Source of the DNA: an uncultured Bdellovibrio sp.
GTDB lineage: Bacteria; Bdellovibrionota; Bdellovibrionia; Bdellovibrionales; Bdellovibrionaceae
Direction of reading: 5' to 3'
Assembly (NCBI GenBank): GCA_963932905.1
Contig: CAWVRN010000014.1
Span: 42,513-106,512 of the forward strand
Length of the DNA stretch: 64,000 nucleotides
The position numbers and the translations under genes are program-made. The notes beneath the pieces are model-generated. The model ran no database searches. It saw nothing but the letters and a program-made list of their open reading frames with translations, and was not told where the DNA came from. Below are positions 48,555-58,221 of the stretch, piece after piece. Positions within the stretch are counted from its first letter, which is position 1, and each line of letters opens with the position of its first letter.

Positions 48555-49280
48555 CTAGAAATAAGCGCCTAAAGCTAACTCTCCAAAGAACAGGTTCTTT
48601 ACATCTTCACCCACATTACGTGAGCCAAACTTGTTTGTTAGGTATTGGTTTTCTGGTAAGGAATTGCTTTCTAATCCAAGTTTAGCTTGGAATGAGACGC
48701 CTTTAAGTAAATTTCCATCGATCCAAGGAATAGCGTAACCGATACTGGCGCGAACGATATTGGTGTCGACTGATTTATAATCGCTGCTGGATTCAGCGAG
48801 CTTTTTATCGATACCAAAAAAGGTGTTACCAACAAAGCCGTTATCACGCTCGTAGCGGTCTTGAGAGAGCTCGTATTTACCCCATGAGCGACCTAATTCG
48901 CCATTTATGAACCAACCCTTAGTTTCAATCCCTTCTGTTTTTAGAAAATATTTGGCGCTAAGAAGAATGGCTTTGCCGGAAAATCCGGATGTTGTTTTGT
49001 AGTATTGGCCATTATCTAAATCGCCACCTTCTGAATGGCTAAGCTTGTCTTGGTTGTGGGCAATAACGCCAATAAGAAGGTTTGGCTTTAAAACATAATT
49101 CACGCCGATGCGGTTTCCCACGTTAGTGGCTCCTCCAATAAGTTCGATACGGGATCGGCTCAGTAGATTTGGTTTTGTATTAGATTCAGCCGTATCGTCC
49201 TTGGCATCGTCCATTTGAAGGGCGTGCGAGTTGAATGATAGAGTTAAAACAAAGCCGAAAAGTAAGAATAATGTTTTCAT
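48555..49280 (-). CDS. putative outer-membrane beta-barrel protein
   Basis: Signal peptide, amphipathic strands, C-terminal LGAYF. Confidence 0.7.
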   Translation of the reverse strand: MKTLFLLFGFVLTLSFNSHALQMDDAKDDTAESNTKPNLLSRSRIELIGGATNVGNRIGVNYVLKPNLLIGVIAHNQDKLSHSEGGDLDNGQYYKTTSGFSGKAILLSAKYFLKTEGIETKGWFINGELGRSWGKYELSQDRYERDNGFVGNTFFGIDKKLAESSSDYKSVDTNIVRASIGYAIPWIDGNLLKGVSFQAKLGLESNSLPENQYLTNKFGSRNVGEDVKNLFFGELALGAYF

Positions 49281-49359
49281 GTGCGGCCAATATACCCAAT
49301 TGGCCCCTGGAAATCTAGATGTGTGAGTTTTTTACGTGCTTGATTGGCTTAGCTGCAAA

Positions 49360-50346
49360 TTAGAAGTTAACAAATTGGTTTTCGGGTTTTAGTTTGTTTT
49401 TAACTAGGCCTAAACCTTTAACTTGTTGGATTAGCTCGCTCCAACGACTTTCTGTCATTTTACCTAAACCATCTGTGTTTTGGATCAATGGTATTTGGGC
49501 TTCGGCACTTTTCTTAAAAGTCTCTGGCTTCATTCCTGGATTTAGCTTTGCCATGTAGGCATTGGCTTTCTCTGGATTTTTTAAATAAGATGCCCAGCCG
49601 TTGGTCACCGCTTGATGCAGCTTTTTAACAGTTTCTGGGTGAGCTTTGTTAAAGTCTTTTCTAACTGAAAGTACAGTGGTGTAAGGGTTGAATCCTTCGT
49701 CGGCCACTAGAAATGTCGAAATAGGAATTTTCAAATCATTCGCAGCAATCGGTTCACTGGTGATAAATCCTTGCTGTGACAATTGATTGTCTTTTTGAAA
49801 TTGAGATAGACCGCCTAAATACGGGACCATTTTTACTTTTGCATGCGGGTATTTTTTTAAAAGATACAATGAATACGATAAACCTTTTTGCCATGCTAGA
49901 TAGCCTTCGTTTGTCAGAACGTCGCCAATGCTTTTGAATTTACGCGATTCGTGTGACATAATCATTTGTGGGTTTTTCTGGAAGGCCGCGAAGATTCCGA
50001 CCACGTTGTTTTTTAAATTCTTATCATTAGAGATCAAAATTTCTTCCGCCGAAACGATGGCGAAATCAACGACACCTTTAGTGAGCATTTGCACGGTAGG
50101 TGTGCCTGATCCACCCGGCAGAATTTCAACATTTAACCCTTGTTTTTTAAATTCATCGTCGATCAAGGCTTGGTAGAAGCCGCCGAACTGTGGCTCTGGA
50201 AGCCAATTCAAGGCTAGCTTGTATGTCGTTCCAGTCGACGCATTCTGAGCGTCAGGTGCTTGCGCGTTGGCAAATGTTGCGACAAGTGAAACAGCGGCAC
50301 ATAAAAATAGATAAGAAAATAGCCCGACACGTTTTGTAGAATTCAT
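49360..50346 (-). CDS. ABC transporter substrate-binding protein (NMT1/THI5-SsuA-like)
   Basis: LNWLPEPQFGGFYQA, GLNVEILPGG. Confidence 0.85.
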   Translation of the reverse strand: MNSTKRVGLFSYLFLCAAVSLVATFANAQAPDAQNASTGTTYKLALNWLPEPQFGGFYQALIDDEFKKQGLNVEILPGGSGTPTVQMLTKGVVDFAIVSAEEILISNDKNLKNNVVGIFAAFQKNPQMIMSHESRKFKSIGDVLTNEGYLAWQKGLSYSLYLLKKYPHAKVKMVPYLGGLSQFQKDNQLSQQGFITSEPIAANDLKIPISTFLVADEGFNPYTTVLSVRKDFNKAHPETVKKLHQAVTNGWASYLKNPEKANAYMAKLNPGMKPETFKKSAEAQIPLIQNTDGLGKMTESRWSELIQQVKGLGLVKNKLKPENQFVNF

Positions 50347-50362
50347 CCTGACCTCCGAAAGT

Positions 50363-51106
50363 TTAAAGCTTAAAAGGTCTCCATCGGGTGATCAATAAGT
50401 TTATGATGTTAAGTAACATAATCTGCGAAAGTCCAATCAACGCCAAGCCAATCAACGCAGCAAAAACCAAATCAATGCGCTGTTGAGTGCGGGATGTATC
50501 GATTAACGAGCCCAAACCACCACCGGCAACAAATTCACCGGCAACGACGCCGATCACGGCTAAGCCTGATGAAATGCGAAGTCCTGCATAAATATAATGA
50601 TAAGAGCCCGGGATTTTTAAATACACTAACGTTTGCATGCGTGAGCGTTGATAGACTTTGAATAACTCAAGTAAGTTTTTATTAATTGTATCTAAACCAA
50701 CGAGAGTGTTTGCCAATATTGGAAATATACTGACAAAGACCGCTGATGCGATGATGGTTTGTGAGCCGTAGCCAAGATAAATCACTAACAAAGGCGCAAT
50801 CGCTATAATTGGGACCGTTTGAAAAAAAATCGCAAGTGGAAAGATGGCGCGCTTGATCCAATCGTTCAACGAGAAAATGAGGGCCAACGTAAACCCTAAA
50901 ATAAAACTCAGAAATAAGCTTTGAAAACTAAGCCGAGTCGTATCCCAAAAAGCGGTGAAAAAGGCCTCATTGTTATCTTGGACTGTTTCAAGAATCACTG
51001 AGAGGGGCGGAATCAATTGTGGATCCCACATACCCATTTTATTAAGTACTTCAACCACGATTGTAATTGTAACGACTAAGACAAACGTCGGCAGAAACTG
51101 TTTCAC
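50363..51106 (-). CDS. ABC transporter permease (SsuC/TauC-like)
   Basis: FQTVPIIAIAPL, VIGVVAGEF..GGGLG; multiple TM helices. Confidence 0.9.
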   Translation of the reverse strand: MKQFLPTFVLVVTITIVVEVLNKMGMWDPQLIPPLSVILETVQDNNEAFFTAFWDTTRLSFQSLFLSFILGFTLALIFSLNDWIKRAIFPLAIFFQTVPIIAIAPLLVIYLGYGSQTIIASAVFVSIFPILANTLVGLDTINKNLLELFKVYQRSRMQTLVYLKIPGSYHYIYAGLRISSGLAVIGVVAGEFVAGGGLGSLIDTSRTQQRIDLVFAALIGLALIGLSQIMLLNIINLLITRWRPFKL

Positions 51107-51825
51107 GCGCGACCTCGCAAGCCGTCTGATATATCGGTTACGAGTTTAAAATATTCGGATGACTGGCGATATTCGCGGGGATTTAGATCTTTCTTGTTCA
51201 GATCGAGTTCTTTAAATTCATGCTGGTTACCTTGAGGAAACAGCCATAACTTCTGAGAAAGAAAAACACTTTCGTTCACCGAATGAGTTACAAAGAACAC
51301 TGTCATTTTGTGTAGTTTCCAGTAGTCCAGCAATTCTTCCTGTAGCTCAAATCGAATAAAGTCATCCAGAGCTGCAAAGGGTTCGTCCATGAAAAGAATA
51401 GATTTATTGTTAATCAATGCCCGCGCGATGGATACGCGCATTTTCATACCACCAGACAGTTGGTGTGGGAACAATTGAGCCGCGTCTTTTAATTTTACTG
51501 TTTTTAAAATGTTATGAATTTGATCTTGTTTTTCAGATGCATTCATAGTTTTTAATGAAATGCCGATTGCGACATTTTCGTAAACTGTCAGCCACGGCAG
51601 CAGGCAGGATTCCTGAAATACGAAGCCAGGATTCGCGTTGGCGGGCTGGGTAAGGCTACCTTCGCTAAGAGTATCTAGTTCGGCAAGAATGCGAAGTAGA
51701 GTTGATTTTCCGCAGCCTGACGGGCCCAGGATAGAAATGAAATCACCAGTTTGCGTTTGAAGATTTAAGTTTTTAAACAACCAGCGTGAATCAAATTTTT
51801 TACCCGCGTTTTTTAGTTGTAGCAT
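51103..51825 (-). CDS. ABC transporter ATP-binding protein (SsuB/TauB-like)
   Basis: GPSGCGKST, LSGGMKMR, MDEPFAALD. Confidence 0.93.
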   Translation of the reverse strand: MLQLKNAGKKFDSRWLFKNLNLQTQTGDFISILGPSGCGKSTLLRILAELDTLSEGSLTQPANANPGFVFQESCLLPWLTVYENVAIGISLKTMNASEKQDQIHNILKTVKLKDAAQLFPHQLSGGMKMRVSIARALINNKSILFMDEPFAALDDFIRFELQEELLDYWKLHKMTVFFVTHSVNESVFLSQKLWLFPQGNQHEFKELDLNKKDLNPREYRQSSEYFKLVTDISDGLRGRA

Positions 51826-52440
51826 TTAAGCCCAGTCATAGTTGAAGCTGATACTGATCCGTAAATCATCAGAGTTATTTTGTACGACTTCGTGGCGAAG
51901 CCAGCTTTCGAACAGAACAACTTCGCCTTCTTTGGGAACATAGTTGAAAAAGTTCAAATTTTTAATAGGTACATTTTTCTTTTTAGGTGGCGTAGCCATC
52001 ATCTGCGTAAAACGAGGGTCTTCAAATTTTAATGCGGGTATATTTTTTTTGGGTAAACTGACATAGACCGTTCCGGATATAACGCTAAGCGGGTGAATAT
52101 GTCCAGTGTGTATCGTTCCTCGTGGCATCACATTCGCCCACATTTTTGAAAGGCGCAATTCTGATGGCGAAATATCCCATCCTAATTCTTTGACGTAGGT
52201 CGCGATATTTTTGTCGATTTTTTTCTTAAGGTCGCCAAACGAGGATGAAAACAAATGTAGCTGATCCATCGAACCATAGGATGTATAGCCAAATAAATAG
52301 TTTTTCTCTGACCACTCTTGGCCGTCCTGGTCGATTTCCGAGATTTTTAAGATGTCTTTCTTAAGATCCTTAAGTAGGTGGCTTCTAGCCGGCGAAACTG
52401 GTGCGGTTAGGATTTGAGTTGGAAAAAGCGTCTGAATCAT
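51826..52440 (-). CDS. putative 2OG-Fe(II) oxygenase (TIGR02466-like)
   Basis: WANV, HIH, SGTVYV, FESWLRHEV, RISISFN. Confidence 0.85.
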   Translation of the reverse strand: MIQTLFPTQILTAPVSPARSHLLKDLKKDILKISEIDQDGQEWSEKNYLFGYTSYGSMDQLHLFSSSFGDLKKKIDKNIATYVKELGWDISPSELRLSKMWANVMPRGTIHTGHIHPLSVISGTVYVSLPKKNIPALKFEDPRFTQMMATPPKKKNVPIKNLNFFNYVPKEGEVVLFESWLRHEVVQNNSDDLRISISFNYDWA

Positions 52441-52556
52441 CGATTACCTTCATTGTTTCAAATGGATACACCTACTATATGATTTGTTTACACCTGTTAT
52501 CAATAATTAACACTCTCGGTTTAAATGATTTTTAAGTCCACCAGGATGTAATAGGG

Positions 52557-52572
52557 TGGGCCCGCCATTGCA
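52557..52572 (+). promoter_or_regulatory. sigma54-like -24/-12 element
   Basis: TGGGCCCGCCATTGCA = GG-N10-GC with TTGC, about 38 bp upstream of ATG 52610. Confidence 0.4.
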
Positions 52573-52609
52573 ACTATGTCTATCGAGACTAATTCTAAGG
52601 AGATACAAC

Positions 52610-52957
52610 ATGAAAGCTTTAATCTTAACTCTAATCTTAAGTACGAGTGTTTTTGCAAAAGTGGCAGACTTTAACTCGCTGATTAGCGAAGACACTAAAG
52701 CTCAAAAAGAGTTGCACACGAAACTTAAATCGCAAGTGTACACTCAAAATGAATTGGATGCGCGTAAGAATTTAGTAAGAACTAAAAAGGTCGAGAAAGA
52801 ATCAACAGTAGTGTTCTATGATGAAGCGCAAACGGAAATCGCGGCACCATCTAACGATAAATTCTTCCGCTATAAAAAAGAAACTAAACAAAAAACAACT
52901 AACCCACGTAAAAACCAACACCGCGTAGCTAAAGAATTGCGCGAGTTAGGTTTATAA
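52610..52957 (+). CDS. small secreted basic hypothetical protein
   Basis: AAGGAG RBS before ATG 52610; signal peptide MKALILTLILSTSVFA. Confidence 0.75.
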   Translation: MKALILTLILSTSVFAKVADFNSLISEDTKAQKELHTKLKSQVYTQNELDARKNLVRTKKVEKESTVVFYDEAQTEIAAPSNDKFFRYKKETKQKTTNPRKNQHRVAKELRELGL

Positions 52958-52978
52958 GAATAACTAAAAAACTAAACC

Positions 52979-53010
52979 AAAAAGGCACCCCTTAAAAGGT
53001 GCCTTTTTTT
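52979..53010. terminator. bidirectional intrinsic terminator
   Basis: AAAAAGGCACC-N8-GGTGCCTTTTT between convergent genes. Confidence 0.85.
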
Positions 53011-53109
53011 ATTTTTTGATCTAGTGGGTTTTCTCTACGCCGGCAGGGATATCAGCGGAGGTATTGTGTGGGCTGCTTGTTTGTATATAAAATGTAATTT
53101 AAACTTCTA

Positions 53110-53631
53110 TCACAGAATGAGTTTTCGAAGCTCGTCCTGTGTATAGACATAGTCAGCGTAAATCATAGTGTTCGTGATATTGCGATGACCTAAAGCCACC
53201 TGAACCAGGCGAAGGTCTTTTGTCTTTCGATAAAGCTGTATTGCAAATGTGTGACGAAGTGAGTGAAATTTCTTAGGTACTGGTCGATACAAATCCCAAA
53301 TCTGATAAAGTCGATCATAAGTAATATCGAAAACCTTCTGCGTCTCTACGGATTCAGCATAACGTTGAAGTTTAAAAAATAATCCATTTTGAATGGGGAT
53401 TTCTCGATCATTACTACCTTTCAGGCCGCGAATGAAAACCGACATGTCGTACGCATTTAAATCTGATTTTTGGATATTGAGTATTTCTTGAGCACGAGCT
53501 CCTGTTTTTAAACCAAGCAACAAAATCAAACAGTTGCGAATGTCTTTATCAATATATGTATCTATTATCGACGTAAGCCTGTCGACCTCTGGAGCTAAGA
53601 GATACTTATTTTTGTTTAACTGATAGCGCAA
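53110..53631 (-). CDS. tyrosine recombinase, catalytic domain only (173 aa)
   Basis: TGARAQE (R), GLKG (K), HSLRH (HxxR), LGH, TMIY (Y) all present. Confidence 0.9.
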   Translation of the reverse strand: MRYQLNKNKYLLAPEVDRLTSIIDTYIDKDIRNCLILLLGLKTGARAQEILNIQKSDLNAYDMSVFIRGLKGSNDREIPIQNGLFFKLQRYAESVETQKVFDITYDRLYQIWDLYRPVPKKFHSLRHTFAIQLYRKTKDLRLVQVALGHRNITNTMIYADYVYTQDELRKLIL

Positions 53632-53949
53632 AAAACCACCTAAAAATCCGTCTCAAAAAATAGCGAAAAACAACCAAAAATCAGGTGTGTTTTGGCACCT
53701 TAATTCGTTGTTAAGTACTAAGGATTATTCAAAAAAAGCCGATTGTAAACAGAGGAAATGAATTAATTTTTGAGTCTGAAAAATATGAACTTTAAAAACG
53801 GCACATAATAATTAATTCAACATTCGCGCGAGTGAGAATTTGTTTGTAACGATAAATTCAAGGAAACAATAAAATCAGAATTTCAAATTCAAAGTTAGGG
53901 AAAAAACGAGACCACTCTGAAAAATACGATGTAATTACAAACACATAAT

Positions 53950-53977
53950 ACTAAAGCTTATAACTAAAAGCTTTAGT
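53950..53977. repeat. 10-8-10 palindrome, candidate recombinase or regulator site
   Basis: ACTAAAGCTT-ATAACTAA-AAGCTTTAGT. Confidence 0.55.
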
Positions 53978-54229
53978 TAAATTTGAAAATGGGCATACAA
54001 ACACCCTCATAAACAGCAAACTCATGCAGCTCTAGGGTTTTGTGGTCATCGAAATAACTCAATGATGTGAAAAACAACGCGTAATAATGTGAAATACTAA
54101 TAATAAATTGCAAAATACAACATCGACCTCAATGGCAAAAAGTCGTGGTTGAGTTAAAATCGATAAAATATAGGCATTAAATCGGGGCGGCGTTTGACAG
54201 GGTTCTAATAGCCACGTTACTAATTAATA

Positions 54230-54775
54230 GTGATGGATATGATCAATGACTCTGGAAAATCATCAATTAAGGCAGGAAATCGAACGATTTCTGCTGTTCG
54301 TTTAAATTACGAGGCTCAGGTTAAGGTTATCAAAGATCAGATCGGTGATTTAGAGCATGTCCGTTCAGTCCTTGGGTTATCGCAACGAAAAATGGCGCAA
54401 TTATTATTGGTCGATCCATCATCATGGTCCCGTTGGACTCAAAAAGGCGATGACGTTCCTCCACATATTTATCGTGCGCTTCAGTGGTATATGATTCTTC
54501 AGGAAAAAATCCCAGGTTTGAATTCATCTTATTTTCTGCAGAAAGATGTTTCGTCTTTGAAAAAGGACATTGAAGCGACACTCACCAAGCGAATGGATGA
54601 ACTAGTTTATAATTCGGCTTCGGAAAATGATCGTTTCGAAGGGGAAATCCTAGATCTTAAGCAGAAATTAAAAGACGCTGAAGATGCTCACAGCCTGCTT
54701 TTTAAGCGGCTCAAACGTTTGTATTTGGTCATTTTTTTGGCCTGCCTTGCATCAACTCTCGTATTTATACTCTAA
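54230..54775 (+). CDS. XRE-like HTH protein with coiled coil and C-terminal TM anchor
   Basis: RSVLGLSQRKMAQLLLVDPSSWSRW HTH; heptad region; hydrophobic tail LYLVIFLACLASTLVFIL. Confidence 0.75.
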   Translation: MMDMINDSGKSSIKAGNRTISAVRLNYEAQVKVIKDQIGDLEHVRSVLGLSQRKMAQLLLVDPSSWSRWTQKGDDVPPHIYRALQWYMILQEKIPGLNSSYFLQKDVSSLKKDIEATLTKRMDELVYNSASENDRFEGEILDLKQKLKDAEDAHSLLFKRLKRLYLVIFLACLASTLVFIL

Positions 54776-54830
54776 TTCGTCCATAGTCGTCTCAACTAGA
54801 CTAAATAGTCGATTTTTTTGAGGGGGATTC

Positions 54831-55949
54831 ATGGCTACATTTGAAGTCATTGCGAAAACGGGAAATCACGAACAAGTAGTATTTTGTCATGATCCAGACG
54901 TGGGTTTAAAGGCAATCATCGCTTTGCATAACACGACGCTTGGACCGGCCTTAGGTGGCACGCGTATGTGGAATTATGCCAACGAAGATGAGGCTTTAAC
55001 AGATGTGCTTCGTTTGTCAAAAGGTATGACTTATAAAGCCGCCGCTGCAGGCTTGAATTTAGGTGGTGGTAAAGCCGTTATCATCGGCGATTCAAAAACT
55101 CAAAAAACAGAAGGTTTGTTCCGTGCTTTCGGGCAATTCGTTAATTCATTAAATGGTAAATACATCACGGCGGAGGATGTGGGTACCAGTGAACAAGATA
55201 TGGAATACATTTATATGGAAACGCCTTGGGTAACTGGGATCTCTAAAGATTTCGGTGGTTCAGGTGATCCATCTCCATACACAGCTCATGGTGTGTTGAT
55301 GGGGATTAAAGCGTCTGTTCATGAAAAATTTGGCAATGATAGTTTAAAAGGTCTTCGTGTTGCTGTTCAGGGTTTAGGTAATGTGGGTTTCAATCTAGTT
55401 AAATACCTAGATCAAGAAGGTGCCAAGATCATCGTTTCTGATATCGATGCTGATAAAATTAAGAAAATCAAAGATATGTACCCAGGTGCAACGACGGTAG
55501 CGCCAACTGAAATTTTATCAGTTGAGTGTGACGTTTTAGCTCCGTGTGCAATGGGTGCCATTGTGAATGAAAAAACAATCGCTTCATTTAAAACTCCGAT
55601 CATCTGCGGCGGCGCGAACAATCAGCTTCTTGAGCTACGTCACGGTAATGCTTTAGAAGAAATGGGTATTCTGTATGCGCCAGACTACATCGTAAATGCG
55701 GGTGGTTTGATGAACGTATTTGTTGAATTGGAAGGCTATTCTCAAAGCCGCGCATTTGATAAAACAAAACGTGTTTATGATAATTTAAAACAGGTTTATA
55801 AAATTGCAAAACGCGATAAAATCCCTACTTATTTAGCGGCGGATCGCTTGGCTGAAGAGCGTATCAAAATGGTGACTAAGCTTAAACAAAAACATCCAGG
55901 TAAATCGAATCGTTCATTCACTACATTGCGCGAAATCAATAATCGCTAA
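54831..55949 (+). CDS. Glu/Leu/Phe/Val dehydrogenase (leucine dehydrogenase-like)
   Basis: LGPALGGTR, MTYK, GGGK, AEDVGT, GLGNVG, GGANNQ. Confidence 0.93.
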   Translation: MATFEVIAKTGNHEQVVFCHDPDVGLKAIIALHNTTLGPALGGTRMWNYANEDEALTDVLRLSKGMTYKAAAAGLNLGGGKAVIIGDSKTQKTEGLFRAFGQFVNSLNGKYITAEDVGTSEQDMEYIYMETPWVTGISKDFGGSGDPSPYTAHGVLMGIKASVHEKFGNDSLKGLRVAVQGLGNVGFNLVKYLDQEGAKIIVSDIDADKIKKIKDMYPGATTVAPTEILSVECDVLAPCAMGAIVNEKTIASFKTPIICGGANNQLLELRHGNALEEMGILYAPDYIVNAGGLMNVFVELEGYSQSRAFDKTKRVYDNLKQVYKIAKRDKIPTYLAADRLAEERIKMVTKLKQKHPGKSNRSFTTLREINNR

Positions 55950-56125
55950 TAATTATCTAGCTCAATGCACTCTCGCTTGCTTAATGTAAGCGAGAGTTAC
56001 CAAATTGCTTAATATTTGGCCGCAAATGACCGAATATAATCGCTTTTCTAAAAGAAGCGTTAAGTGTTGACTCAAGCCCCAAGTCCTGTTGATCATTGTA
56101 AGGTCGAATTACCAAGGAGAAACAA

Positions 56126-57070
56126 TTGGATAACGTTACGCCTAACAATGAAAACAATGGAACTAAACGCGCGGGCCATGGAACATCTGGTTTCGGAATA
56201 TCAGATCGCGAATTAGCCAAACAAGACGGCTTTCAACAAAAGTTAACATTAGCATTTGATTGGATCGTTGCGAATAAAGTCATCGTTATCTTATTAGTTG
56301 GTGTGGTGGCGTTTTCGAGTCTGGGTTATGTTATTTACGGCCAAGTTAAACGTGGCGCTCAAATGAAAATCCAAGATCAATACTACGTAATTGAAAAAGA
56401 CTATCTAAAAATCAAAACTGATTTTGACGATGCTGAAAGACAAGCTCAGCAAGAAGCGGCCAAAGCCGCTGATAAAAATAAAAAAGATAAAAAAGACACA
56501 GAACCTAAACCGGAACCTAAAAAGCAAGCTTCCGGTGATTTAGATAAAGACTATGGTGCTGTAGTGGCGCGTTTCACAGAACTGCATTCGGCTAATCCTA
56601 AATTGGTTCCAGGTAAAGTGACGGCGTTAGTTTTAGCCGATATTTACTGGGAATATAAAAAACTAGATCTTGCGGCGCAAGTGTTAGAAAAATCTTTAGA
56701 ATCATCACCTAAAACATTAGTTGATTACATGATTTTGAAAAAATGGTCTGCGACGCAATTGTCATTAGGACAATTTGATCAGGTGATCAAAAAGAACCAA
56801 TCCGTTATGGGTTCAAACAAATACCCATTCATGAATTCGTACTTCAAATTGCAAACGGGTCTGGCTTACGAAGGTTTGAAACAATATGATCAAGCCGAAG
56901 CTCAATATAAAGATGTGATTGCTAAAGGCGATACACCTGAAATGAAAATACCGGCGGATGAAGAAAAAATGAAAAATCATTTTGGTGCGGATCAATCGGC
57001 GGCTGAACAAGCTCAGAAATATCTACTGTTGCTTCGTATGAAGAAAAACGCGGATCAAGCGGGGACTTAA
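56126..57070 (+). CDS. membrane-anchored TPR protein (YfgM-like)
   Basis: Single TM, TPR-like helices; upstream of a BamB-like gene. Confidence 0.7.
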   Translation: MDNVTPNNENNGTKRAGHGTSGFGISDRELAKQDGFQQKLTLAFDWIVANKVIVILLVGVVAFSSLGYVIYGQVKRGAQMKIQDQYYVIEKDYLKIKTDFDDAERQAQQEAAKAADKNKKDKKDTEPKPEPKKQASGDLDKDYGAVVARFTELHSANPKLVPGKVTALVLADIYWEYKKLDLAAQVLEKSLESSPKTLVDYMILKKWSATQLSLGQFDQVIKKNQSVMGSNKYPFMNSYFKLQTGLAYEGLKQYDQAEAQYKDVIAKGDTPEMKIPADEEKMKNHFGADQSAAEQAQKYLLLLRMKKNADQAGT

Positions 57071-58221
57071 TGTATCAAGCAAAAACGACTGGACTAGTTG
57101 TCGCCTTGGCGTTAGCGCTAAGTTCGTGTACTAGCTTAAATGCTCCTAAAGGAAATCCAGTTCGCGCTGAAGTTGGATTTGTTCGCTCAACCGTCGATGC
57201 GCCGATCACTCGTTATCGCAAAATCAATCGTGCTAAAGTGATCTATACCGATAAATTATTGATTGCCAGTAATGCGCATGATGGTCTTGTGGCCTATGAC
57301 ATTCAGTCAGGAAATCGTAAATGGAGTTATGCTGTTCCTAACGGGGTTGAAAAAGAACCTGCGGTATTTAATAATCGCCTGTATTTTGGCGGCAATGACG
57401 GATTTTTCTATAGTATCAATGTAGATTCAGGCCAAGAAGTTTGGAAGACTCATATTAAATCTGAAATCGTAGCAACTCCCGCGTACGATGCACAAGAGGG
57501 CCGCGTTTATTTTGTCACGACATCAAATTCTATCTTGGCATTGGAAGCCGAGAGTGGGCGTCAGGTTTGGTCTTACACGCGCCAGGATCCGTCTAGCTAT
57601 TCTATTCGCGGCGGCACAACGCCAGTGATTCATAAGAATTTAATATACGTTGGATTTAGTGAAGGGTCGTTTGTGGCGTTTAACAAATCCAACGGAACGA
57701 TCAACTGGGAAATTCAGTTGAATAAAAATAAACGTTTTAAGGACATCGACGCGAGCGCGGTTGTTGAGGGCGATAAAATTTATGTTTCTGGTTATGATGA
57801 TAAACTTTACGCTTTATCTACATCTAACGGAGATATCGTTAATAAATTCGAAGCGGGTGGGTATGTTCCCGTCACGGTCGACGGATCAACTCTTTACTAC
57901 CCGTCATCTAACGGGAAAGTGTACGCACTAAACAAGGATTCTTTGAAAGTAATCTGGGAATACGAAGTGCCGAACGGCTTACCAACAGAGATATCTCTGT
58001 TTAATGGCAACGTTGTATTTGGTGAATCATTAGGTGATTTAATATTGTTAGATAAGAAAACGGGGAGTCTGTCGGCCCGGTTTGAGCCGGGGCGAGGCAT
58101 TCAAAGTCCAATTTCTGTAAACGAGAAGCGTTCTGAAGTTTATTTTATTTCTGGTGAAGCTAATCTGTATAGTATGGGAGTCACATGGAAGCCAAAAAAT
58201 TTATTTTCGTTTGTGGAGTAA
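57070..58221 (+). CDS. PQQ-repeat beta-propeller lipoprotein (BamB-like)
   Basis: Lipobox LSSC; repeated A.D..SG...W blades. Confidence 0.85.
   Translation: MYQAKTTGLVVALALALSSCTSLNAPKGNPVRAEVGFVRSTVDAPITRYRKINRAKVIYTDKLLIASNAHDGLVAYDIQSGNRKWSYAVPNGVEKEPAVFNNRLYFGGNDGFFYSINVDSGQEVWKTHIKSEIVATPAYDAQEGRVYFVTTSNSILALEAESGRQVWSYTRQDPSSYSIRGGTTPVIHKNLIYVGFSEGSFVAFNKSNGTINWEIQLNKNKRFKDIDASAVVEGDKIYVSGYDDKLYALSTSNGDIVNKFEAGGYVPVTVDGSTLYYPSSNGKVYALNKDSLKVIWEYEVPNGLPTEISLFNGNVVFGESLGDLILLDKKTGSLSARFEPGRGIQSPISVNEKRSEVYFISGEANLYSMGVTWKPKNLFSFVE

Noticed and set aside
53691..53708. TTGGCACCTTAATTCG as a sigma54 promoter
   Set aside because: The -12 position reads CG rather than GC, and it is more than 500 bp from the next plus-strand gene.
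53632..54229. Replication origin or dif site in the AT-rich divergent spacer
   Set aside because: No TTATCCACA DnaA boxes, no dnaA/parAB context, and no match to the canonical XerC/XerD dif arms that I can see.
53110..54775. Prophage or ICE boundary (integrase plus repressor)
   Set aside because: No tRNA or att duplication and no phage or transfer genes; flanking genes are ordinary chromosomal genes.
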